From positions 23,778-87,777 of the forward strand of contig JAUQWV010000001.1 in NCBI GenBank assembly GCA_030834985.1: 64,000 bases of DNA, written 5' to 3'. Positions within the stretch are counted from its first letter, which is position 1. Each line of letters begins with the position of its first letter. The stretch is from Candidatus Dojkabacteria bacterium. Its GTDB lineage: Bacteria; Patescibacteriota; Dojkabacteria; J137. A program made the translations under genes and the position numbers. Under the pieces are notes generated by a model. It ran no database searches. It saw only the letters and a list, made by a program, of their open reading frames with translations, and was not told where the DNA came from. Shown here piece by piece: positions 56,677 to 64,000 of the stretch.

Positions 56677-58151
56677 TTAAAATTACTTAACCAGTAGCTT
56701 GCTAAAATACTTAAATCAGAAATATTCACTACTCCATCATTATTTGTATCTGCAACAGAATTATTTTGCCCCCAATAAGTAGCTAAGATACTAAGGTCAG
56801 AAAGATTTATAATGCTGTCATTATTAAAGTCGCCTTTATTTTTGTGTGATACAGGCGGCACTCCGCAAGATCTTGTTAAATTAGGAGTGCCGCCTGTACA
56901 GCCATAAGGATTTGAAGTCAACACAGTTCGCGATTCTATTCCTCCTAAACAACTACCCCACTCCGAGTATGTAAAACTTTGGCAGGTTGTATTTACTTCA
57001 CCAGGATCTGAAGAATATTGAACAAAATTTATAGATTCGTAAGGATTCAGTAAATATGTCCACCAATTATTTTCGATTAATAACGGTTCGTTACTTCCAT
57101 TATGCAAAATTGTTTGACCGCTATTAGCTGGAATAAATCCAAACCAATATTCCTGCCACCCCGGATCATCACAACCCCATACTGCGCATCCTACATTAGT
57201 TGTTGCACCGTTAAAATTTGGAAAATTTGCCCAATCTGGGCAAATCGAAACCGCTGGTGTGGGATTCCCATAATCGTAATCAAATCTAAAGTTTTTAGGA
57301 AAGTGACCATTTCCACATCCTAAAGGCTGACCATCAAACCCCATAAATCTTCTCCAATAATTATTTGATTCTGAAGCAATAATATTAGAAAAGAGATACA
57401 CAATATTAGATTCTATTCTGTGAGAAAAATTATGAAGAAGATTTTCAGGCCTATCATATGTTGGCCCCATCACCGGATAAAGTTTTTCGCAGTTTAAATT
57501 AATTTCATTTCCTCCATTAATAAAATAAGCGTTAATGGGGCCAACAAAAAGACTTTCCCATTTACCAATAAATGGTGGAGTCAGCATCCATATCTCATCT
57601 ACATCATACATACTTGCTACATCACAAATATTGTAATCATCAAAAAATTTTGTATAACTAAACTGCCATTTTCTTTCATCACAGTATGCTGCTTGTTCAG
57701 GAGTAGCTCCGCCTGCACATGGAGCGTAAGTATCCATATTAAAGACAGGTTGACCATTAGGTAGTAAAGGAAATGTATCGATATTTAAATGATGAACAAT
57801 CTCATATTGAATTTTCCCATCTGATAATCTTTCAAACGCTTCTACTGCTCTATCAAATGTAGCTTCTTCAATTTGCTCGTGATTACCAAAAAATTTCTCA
57901 ACTAAAGTTTCTTCATCTTCCTCAGGATTAACTCCGATTGTTAAAACCTTTAAATTAAAAACATCTGTACTTGTGCCTAATATATTGGAATTATCTTGAG
58001 TAGTTATAGATGAACGCTGAGTTGTTGTAGATAATGAATATAAATTTACGAGTATTGTAATACCCAATAATGCTAAGGTGATAGAAATCAAGCTATATAC
58101 TCTACTCATATATGTACATTTTAATCTATAACGCGCTAAGATATAATACAA
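56673..58151 (-). CDS. Secreted protein with C-terminal type-I dockerin-like tandem repeats
   Basis: GDFNNDSIINLSDLSILATYW and DTNNDGVVNISDLSILASYW match the Dx[DN]xDGx[IV]Nx2Dx3L dockerin EF-hand pattern. Signal anchor near the N-terminus. Confidence 0.6.
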   Translation of the reverse strand: MYYILARYRLKCTYMSRVYSLISITLALLGITILVNLYSLSTTTQRSSITTQDNSNILGTSTDVFNLKVLTIGVNPEEDEETLVEKFFGNHEQIEEATFDRAVEAFERLSDGKIQYEIVHHLNIDTFPLLPNGQPVFNMDTYAPCAGGATPEQAAYCDERKWQFSYTKFFDDYNICDVASMYDVDEIWMLTPPFIGKWESLFVGPINAYFINGGNEINLNCEKLYPVMGPTYDRPENLLHNFSHRIESNIVYLFSNIIASESNNYWRRFMGFDGQPLGCGNGHFPKNFRFDYDYGNPTPAVSICPDWANFPNFNGATTNVGCAVWGCDDPGWQEYWFGFIPANSGQTILHNGSNEPLLIENNWWTYLLNPYESINFVQYSSDPGEVNTTCQSFTYSEWGSCLGGIESRTVLTSNPYGCTGGTPNLTRSCGVPPVSHKNKGDFNNDSIINLSDLSILATYWGQNNSVADTNNDGVVNISDLSILASYWLSNFN

Positions 58152-58179
58152 ATATATTCTGTAGAGTAAATAAATTCCA

Positions 58180-58704
58180 ATGATAGAAACACATCCTTTT
58201 CAAAGTTTTATACCAAAAGATATTAAATATTTGCTGTTGGGTAGTTTTGCTTCAAAACAACTTATTAGAGATAAAGGTTATGATTGGTTTTATGGCACCA
58301 AAAGAAATCAACTTTGGCCAATTATAAGTAAGGTTTATGAATTATCCTTAGAAAGTAAAGAAGATAGAAAGAAATTGTTTACAAGTTTAGGGATAGGAAT
58401 AGCAGATATTATTTATCAATGTGAAAGATCAAATGATAATAGTTCTGATAATAATTTAATAAATATTGTTTACAATCCTCAACTAAACGATATTGTTAGC
58501 ACTAATCATCTTAATACAATCTTTTTTACAAGTAGGTTTGTAGAAAACCTATACAAGAAAGCGTTTAAGAATTTAGTTACAGAGTTTCCTGAGGTAAATC
58601 TTGTAACTTTGCCATCTCCTTCACCTAGATATGCACTATTGACTATGGAACAAAAAGTTCAAAGGTATAAAGAGCTTTTGCCGAGTGGTTTGATATATTC
58701 TTAA
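58180..58704 (+). CDS. Uracil-DNA glycosylase superfamily protein (Mug/TDG-like)
   Basis: LLLGSF..., N/Q..LWP, and LPSPSPRYA resemble Mug motifs (GINPG / LPNPSGLS). Confidence 0.5.
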   Translation: MIETHPFQSFIPKDIKYLLLGSFASKQLIRDKGYDWFYGTKRNQLWPIISKVYELSLESKEDRKKLFTSLGIGIADIIYQCERSNDNSSDNNLINIVYNPQLNDIVSTNHLNTIFFTSRFVENLYKKAFKNLVTEFPEVNLVTLPSPSPRYALLTMEQKVQRYKELLPSGLIYS

Positions 58705-58752
58705 TTCTCTGCGACAATAAATAATAATTCATTATTTTTTAACGAAAAATGT

Positions 58753-59088
58753 ATGGCATACGATGAAGCATTAGCAGGACGAGTAAGATCAATACTAAGC
58801 TCTAGAAACGGAGTTGGTGAAAGATCTCTTTTTGGCGGATTAACTTTTAGCATTAATGGAAACATGGTAGCTAGCGTGAATAGCCGTGGTCTTACTTTGA
58901 GTGTTGGAAAAGAAAATTATGAAAAAGCTTTAGGAATGTCAGGTGTTAAGAAGGTGATGATGGGTGAAAAACCAATGCCTAATGTTGTAATGGCTGAAGA
59001 TCCATCTAATATTAGTAATGAAGATTTAAATATATGGGTAAATATGGCAGCAGATGCTGCGGCAGCAAAACCACCGAAGGTAAAATAA
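58753..59088 (+). CDS. TfoX/Sxy N-terminal domain protein
   Basis: ERSLFGGLTFSINGNMVASV matches the TfoX_N core. Confidence 0.5.
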   Translation: MAYDEALAGRVRSILSSRNGVGERSLFGGLTFSINGNMVASVNSRGLTLSVGKENYEKALGMSGVKKVMMGEKPMPNVVMAEDPSNISNEDLNIWVNMAADAAAAKPPKVK

Positions 59089-59186
59089 ATTGAGTTTATA
59101 GAATAGAGTTTTAAGCCGCCCCGAAGCTTCGGGGCGGCTTAATTGTTCCTCTGATGTTATTATGTAACTAGTTATCATTTTTTCTT

Positions 59187-60134
59187 ATGAGTAACATTCC
59201 AATTACACTTGTTACTGGTTTTTTAGGATCAGGTAAAACAACTTTGTTAAATCACATAATTAAAACAAATACTAAAGTAAAAATTGGTGTGATTTTGAAT
59301 GAATTTGGTGATATTGCATTGGAAAGCAACTTTCTTAAAACAAATGATGAAGAGATTATAGAAATTCCAAATGGCTGCATGTGTTGTGTTGCAAAAAAAG
59401 ATTTTGTAGGAGCTTTAGATAAAATAATGAACTACCAGCCTGATACTGAATATGTTTTAATAGAAGCTTCAGGCTTATCTGATCCATTACAGGTTTTACT
59501 TACTTTTTATTCTCCAATCTTGCGGGAAAAGTTTAGATTAGATTCTATATTATGTGTTGTAGATGCTGTTAATTACGACTACACAATGGATAATTACGAT
59601 ATTGCAACTGAACAAATTGCAACAAGCGATATTATTTTGATTTCTAAAATTGCTGGTTTAGATACTAAAGAATTAGATAGGATTAAATCTGCAATTTTAG
59701 GTATAAATTCTAAAGCTAAAATTTTAGAAATTACAGATGATCTTCCTCTTGACTTAATAATGGATACTTCTGAATTTGATTATGATAAGTATCAGGACGA
59801 AGCCGATGAGGGCAAAGAACACGATCATGAGCACGAACCGGTTCAAGAGATCTTTTTCAAAACAACAAAGCCGGTTGATTATAAAAAATTAGTTGAGTTC
59901 TATAAAAACCTAGATAAAGGTGTTGTAAGGTCGAAAGGCTTTGCTAACTTAGTAAATGGTCCGGCTAATGATCAGAAGTATTTAATGCAATATGTAGGTT
60001 CTAGAACTGAATTAACTTTTGAACCTTGGAAAGAAAATGAGCCTAAAATGACAGCTCTGCTCTTCTTAGGCAAAGGTTTTAACAGACAAGAAATCCTTAA
60101 TGGGCTTAGTAATTGCTTGGCTAAGGCCCTATAG
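59187..60134 (+). CDS. CobW/COG0523 family metal-chaperone GTPase
   Basis: GFLGSGKTTLL P-loop, GCMCC motif, C-terminal CobW_C domain. Confidence 0.85.
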   Translation: MSNIPITLVTGFLGSGKTTLLNHIIKTNTKVKIGVILNEFGDIALESNFLKTNDEEIIEIPNGCMCCVAKKDFVGALDKIMNYQPDTEYVLIEASGLSDPLQVLLTFYSPILREKFRLDSILCVVDAVNYDYTMDNYDIATEQIATSDIILISKIAGLDTKELDRIKSAILGINSKAKILEITDDLPLDLIMDTSEFDYDKYQDEADEGKEHDHEHEPVQEIFFKTTKPVDYKKLVEFYKNLDKGVVRSKGFANLVNGPANDQKYLMQYVGSRTELTFEPWKENEPKMTALLFLGKGFNRQEILNGLSNCLAKAL

Positions 60135-60181
60135 TATGATAAAATATACACATCGTCCAATGGGTATTTAGGGAGAAAACA

Positions 60182-60487
60182 ATGTTTCCACTCATTGCTA
60201 TAAAAGGAAGGTGGGAAGATGGTGCGACTGGCAATGCGAAAAGGGCTATTGCCATAGAAAGCAATAGCATGATGCTGCCGGTTGAAACTCTCTCGCCGAT
60301 AGCGCTTTACTTTGTAATGAAAGGCGAGGTTGAAGGGTTTAAACCTTCTCAGCAGCATAAAGTAGCTGCGGCACAAAGGTTTTTGGCGCACTATCCAGAA
60401 CCGATACATTTAGGGAACGCGCTTTGGGAAGCTGAGGCGCGTAGTTTAGCTCAAGGAATTCTCGAAAACACCTTGAGCGACACCTAA
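60182..60487 (+). CDS. Hypothetical protein (101 aa), moderately GC-rich orphan gene
   Basis: SD agggaga. Perfect palindromic terminator 60506-60537. Confidence 0.45.
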   Translation: MFPLIAIKGRWEDGATGNAKRAIAIESNSMMLPVETLSPIALYFVMKGEVEGFKPSQQHKVAAAQRFLAHYPEPIHLGNALWEAEARSLAQGILENTLSDT

Positions 60488-60505
60488 AGATTTCCCACTC
60501 CTGTC

Positions 60506-60537
60506 GTCCCGACTTTAAAGTCGGGACAAAACTTTTT
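60506..60537 (+). terminator. Rho-independent terminator (gtcccgacttt/aaagtcgggac + aaaacttttt)
   Basis: 11-bp palindromic stem followed by a T-tract. Confidence 0.6.
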
Positions 60538-60586
60538 CAAAGACTAGGTTTTTAAGTATAATTTCTAGAATTATTAAAAAACTTAG

Positions 60587-63265
60587 ATGGTCGAAAATAG
60601 TCTTGTCTTGCCTCATTCAAAAAAGCTTAGTCAGATTTATACAGAGCTTCAAACTTCAGAAAAAGGACTTTCAAATTTAGATGCCAATGCCCGATTAACA
60701 CATATCGGTTTAAATGAAATAAAGGATCATACTGAAAAGAGTATATTAGGGATCTTATTAGCGCAATTTAAAAGTATCCTGATTGTAATTTTGTTTGCTG
60801 CTGCAATAATTTCGTATTTAACTGATCACTTTACAGATACAGTTGTGATCTTAGCTGTAATGGTAATAAATGCAATAATTGGTTTTATACAAGAATATCG
60901 TGCTGAAAACTCTATAAAAGCTTTAAAAAACCTTGTTGTTCAATCTGCATTAGTAATTAGAGATGGCGAAGTTATACAAATAAATGCAAAAAACTTAGTT
61001 CCCGGTGATGTCATCTTAATTGAAGAGGGAAATAAAATTCCTGCTGATGCCAGGCTCATTGAAGTCGATAACTTTAGAACATTAGAATCTTCACTAACAG
61101 GAGAATCAGTAAGTGTTGATAAAAATACACAAGTTCTAGCTACACAGATTTCTGTTGGAGATAGAAAAAATATGACGTGGATGGGTACCCTTTGTGTTGC
61201 AGGTAAAGCAAAAGCAGTGGTGGTAAATACAGGAGAATTTACCTTAATTGGACAAATCGCATCTGATATCAAAACGATTGAAAAAGGTGATTCTCATTTT
61301 AAGAAAATTACAGATGTTTTAGCTAAACAGATGGGTATAACAGCTGTAGTAGGTTCAATATTAATCTTCTTTGTCGGTTTTTTTATTCACAATAATGAAT
61401 TCCAGGAGATATTTTTATTCTCAGTTGCTTCTTTAGTTTCTGCTATTCCGGAAGGCTTACCTGCTGTACTTACAATTGTACTTGCTATTGGAGCTAATCG
61501 AATGGCAAAGAAAAAAGCAATAGTTCGAGATTTAAAAGCAACTGAAACTTTAGGAATAGTCGATGTAATTGCAACTGATAAAACAGGCACACTGACGCAA
61601 AACATTATGAGTATTGAAAAAGTAGTCTTGCCGAATGGAAAGGAGATCTCTATAACAGGCAAAGGGTGGAACCCTGAAGGTGATTTTACTGTGAATGAAC
61701 AGCAATACAGTGTTCAAGAGGATAAAGAGCTTTTAAAACTTTTAAAAATTGCATATTTATCGAATAGCTCTCAAATAAAATTAAATAGAAAGGGCGCAGA
61801 TATTATTGGAGATCCAACAGAAGCAGCTTTAAAAGTAATGGCGCTTAAGGCAAATGTTGAAAATATAATTACAGAAAAGGTAATTCACGATTCCGCTTTT
61901 AGCACAGACACTAAATATAGAACAACTTTAGTCAACATTCACGATTCTGCTCAAGAGTTATATGTAGTTGGTGCACCAGAAATATTATTAAAAAATTCAT
62001 CTTATATTCTAAAGAATGGAGAAGCAGAGAAATTAGATGAAGCAAAAATTAAAGAAATTGAAAATCAAATTAAGTCTTTGAGTAAACAAGCTTACAGAGT
62101 TATTGGTTTAGCTTTTAAAGAGTCATCGACAGAGCAAGTAGATAATTTAGTATTTGCAGGTTTAACAGCAATGAAAGACCCTGCAAGACCTGAAGTTATA
62201 GAAGCAGTTGCCGATGCAAAAAAGGCGGGTATTAGGGTAATTATGCTAACAGGCGATCATAAAGATACTGCATTGGCAATTGCTAAAGAGGTAGGAATAG
62301 CTGAAGAAAATGAAATTGCTTTTACAGAAGCTGAGCTAAATGATTTAAGTAAACGTGAATTTGCTAAAGTAGTAAATCAAGTAAATGTTTTCTCTAGACT
62401 GACACCAAATATGAAGCTGCGTATTGCAAAGTTGCTGCAGGAGCAGGGGCATATTGTAGCTATGACAGGAGATGGTGTTAATGATGCCCCTGCTCTAAAA
62501 CAAGCAGATGTTGGAATTTCTATGGGAATAATTGGCACAGATACAGCTCGTGAATCTAGTGAAATAATTTTAGCTGACGATAATTTTGCAACAATAGTTA
62601 GAGCTGTTGAAGAAGGCCGGATTGTATTTAATAATGTGCGGCGTTCCAGCACTTTTTTAATTACAACAAATGTTGCAGAGCAAATAACAATTTTAGTAAC
62701 TATGCTCTTAGGGTTTCCGTTACCGCTTTTGCCGGGACAAATTCTTTGGCTAAATCTTGTTACCGATGGACTTGGTGATTTTGCTCTAGCTATGGAAAAA
62801 AATCACAGAACTGCGCTAAATCAAAAACCAAGAAAGAAAAACGAAGGCATTCTTACAAAGAAAACAATAATATTTGTGATTGCTATGTCTGTTTTTATGA
62901 TAATTTTAACGCTTGGCTTTTTTGTTGCATATTTAGATCAAGGTATAAATACTGCAAGGACTGTTGCATTTTTAGCACTCTCATTTACGCAAGGATTTAA
63001 TGTATTTAACTTAAGATCGTTTACAAAATCTTTATTTACAATAGGAATATTTAGTAATAGATTAGCAATAATTGATTTAGTGATCTCAATACTGCTTACA
63101 ATATTGGCTGTTTATACTCCATTCTTTCAAAACTTGTTGAGTTTTGAATATGTAGATCCATCTGTATTTGTATTAATATTTCTACTCTCTTCACTTATAT
63201 TCTGGGTTGGAGAATTATATAAATTTATACAAAGAAGATTAGCTCCGAATTATCAGCTAAGCTAA
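60587..63265 (+). CDS. Cation-transporting P-type ATPase (P2-type, Ca2+/Mg2+-like)
   Basis: DKTGTLT phosphorylation motif, TGDGVNDAPAL hinge, 10-TM architecture. Confidence 0.9.
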   Translation: MVENSLVLPHSKKLSQIYTELQTSEKGLSNLDANARLTHIGLNEIKDHTEKSILGILLAQFKSILIVILFAAAIISYLTDHFTDTVVILAVMVINAIIGFIQEYRAENSIKALKNLVVQSALVIRDGEVIQINAKNLVPGDVILIEEGNKIPADARLIEVDNFRTLESSLTGESVSVDKNTQVLATQISVGDRKNMTWMGTLCVAGKAKAVVVNTGEFTLIGQIASDIKTIEKGDSHFKKITDVLAKQMGITAVVGSILIFFVGFFIHNNEFQEIFLFSVASLVSAIPEGLPAVLTIVLAIGANRMAKKKAIVRDLKATETLGIVDVIATDKTGTLTQNIMSIEKVVLPNGKEISITGKGWNPEGDFTVNEQQYSVQEDKELLKLLKIAYLSNSSQIKLNRKGADIIGDPTEAALKVMALKANVENIITEKVIHDSAFSTDTKYRTTLVNIHDSAQELYVVGAPEILLKNSSYILKNGEAEKLDEAKIKEIENQIKSLSKQAYRVIGLAFKESSTEQVDNLVFAGLTAMKDPARPEVIEAVADAKKAGIRVIMLTGDHKDTALAIAKEVGIAEENEIAFTEAELNDLSKREFAKVVNQVNVFSRLTPNMKLRIAKLLQEQGHIVAMTGDGVNDAPALKQADVGISMGIIGTDTARESSEIILADDNFATIVRAVEEGRIVFNNVRRSSTFLITTNVAEQITILVTMLLGFPLPLLPGQILWLNLVTDGLGDFALAMEKNHRTALNQKPRKKNEGILTKKTIIFVIAMSVFMIILTLGFFVAYLDQGINTARTVAFLALSFTQGFNVFNLRSFTKSLFTIGIFSNRLAIIDLVISILLTILAVYTPFFQNLLSFEYVDPSVFVLIFLLSSLIFWVGELYKFIQRRLAPNYQLS

Positions 63266-64000
63266 TTAAGTTATGTGTAAGAAGAAGGTTTGACTCCAGA
63301 GCCAATCCATAGAGCCGTTTTGATTTCGAATATTATGGTCGTTTGTATATAAATTCCACATATATGTGAACCAATATCCGCCCATAACAGCTTGGTTGCC
63401 GTTTACTGTCTTAAACCATACTTTCTTTACTCTTAAAGAAGGATCTCTTTCAAATGTTAGTGTAACAACTTTACCTCCAAGCTGATTTTTCATACCTTGT
63501 ACATAGCCGCTAAAGCCTCCAAATCGCCACGAGTTATTAGCAACATAGTCCATCATATTGTTTATATCATCCATAGTATAAGTGTTGCTTTTAAATCCCC
63601 AATTTCTGTTGTATTGTCCAGGCATTGGAGTTGCCCAAGGAGTATCGTTTACCGCCCTTAAATACCCATAAGCAGTACCACTTCCATTGTAGCTTTGGAA
63701 CATTGTATCGTTATCGGCAGTACCAAAACCTTGATTGTTATCGGCAGAATATAGTGCTTCAATAATTTGTCCGCCATACATAAGAATTTGACCTTTAGTT
63801 TCATCAGCAGCCCATCTGGAATTTTGTGAGCCGTTATATACCTGAGACCTTGCATCGTTATACATAAAACCTGCATGATATACGCCATAGGTTCTAAATG
63901 CGATTGCTTGAGCTTTAATGGCTTCTTCCGGCCAGCAATCCCATAAGAAGTTAGGGTTATCAATTACATACTTACTGGGATTACTGGCCACTTGCTGCGC
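63266..64000 (-). CDS. SpoIID/LytB-domain protein, C-terminal part (gene continues beyond the window end)
   Basis: AQAIAFRTY matches the SpoIID signature. The ORF is open to the window edge. Confidence 0.6.
   Translation of the reverse strand, partial: AQQVASNPSKYVIDNPNFLWDCWPEEAIKAQAIAFRTYGVYHAGFMYNDARSQVYNGSQNSRWAADETKGQILMYGGQIIEALYSADNNQGFGTADNDTMFQSYNGSGTAYGYLRAVNDTPWATPMPGQYNRNWGFKSNTYTMDDINNMMDYVANNSWRFGGFSGYVQGMKNQLGGKVVTLTFERDPSLRVKKVWFKTVNGNQAVMGGYWFTYMWNLYTNDHNIRNQNGSMDWLWSQTFFLHIT

Noticed and set aside
1-64000. CRISPR arrays, rRNA genes, IS or transposase genes, non-standard genetic code
   Set aside because: No short regularly spaced direct repeats, no rRNA-like conserved blocks and no DDE or HUH transposase ORFs were seen. 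TGA functions as a stop (e.g. ORF 16634-16852) and long ORFs are intact in the standard code, so this is not a code-25 (Gracilibacteria/SR1) genome.

Overview
This window is an AT-rich (roughly 30-35% GC) bacterial chromosome segment with small, tightly packed genes and strong Shine-Dalgarno sites. The gene content resembles Patescibacteria/CPR (possibly Saccharibacteria-like); this lineage call is an inference and cannot be confirmed from sequence alone. The standard genetic code is in use: TGA stops are used and the long ORFs are intact. The housekeeping backbone comprises SecA (5' partial), RmuC, an MraY homolog, LepA, RF2, GluRS, FtsW/RodA, YhaM, GatC, a beta-CASP RNase, RnpA, PheS, LysS, Pth, FolD, HtrA, XerC/D-like recombinase, GlyA, a sortase, a P-type ATPase and two tRNAs (Gln-CUG, Glu-UUC). 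Superimposed on this backbone are several islands of clearly different composition, about 50-60% GC. (1) A ~480-nt GC-rich non-coding block between mraY and lepA that I interpret as a structured RNA, most likely RNase P RNA on the minus strand. (2) A 1.6-kb cassette of five tiny genes (72, 68, 78, 11 and 69 aa), each with its own promoter, SD and GC-rich hairpin terminator, wedged between a membrane-anchored VirD4/TraD-like coupling-protein ATPase and tRNA-Gln. (3) A 3.4-kb ~57% GC block encoding two signal-peptide proteins. (4) Isolated GC-rich small genes at 4.2, 31.9 and 60.2 kb. A ~5.6-kb integrated element sits at tRNA-Glu (49.6-55.3 kb). It carries a large serine recombinase whose 3' end overlaps the tRNA, a small upstream ORF, a MerR-like regulator, a Type II R-M pair (C5-MTase plus PD-(D/E)XK endonuclease) and a translationally coupled pair of unknown genes. 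The pair is a candidate defense or abortive-infection module; it has a weak HEPN-like R-x4-6-H motif. The MraY homolog lacks the canonical catalytic Asp residues. Other notable genes are a NOX/ferric-reductase-like flavocytochrome, an orphan receiver domain followed by a poly-acidic protein, a dockerin-bearing secreted protein, and a sortase next to a Cys-rich non-LPXTG anchored protein. No CRISPR array, rRNA or transposase was seen.
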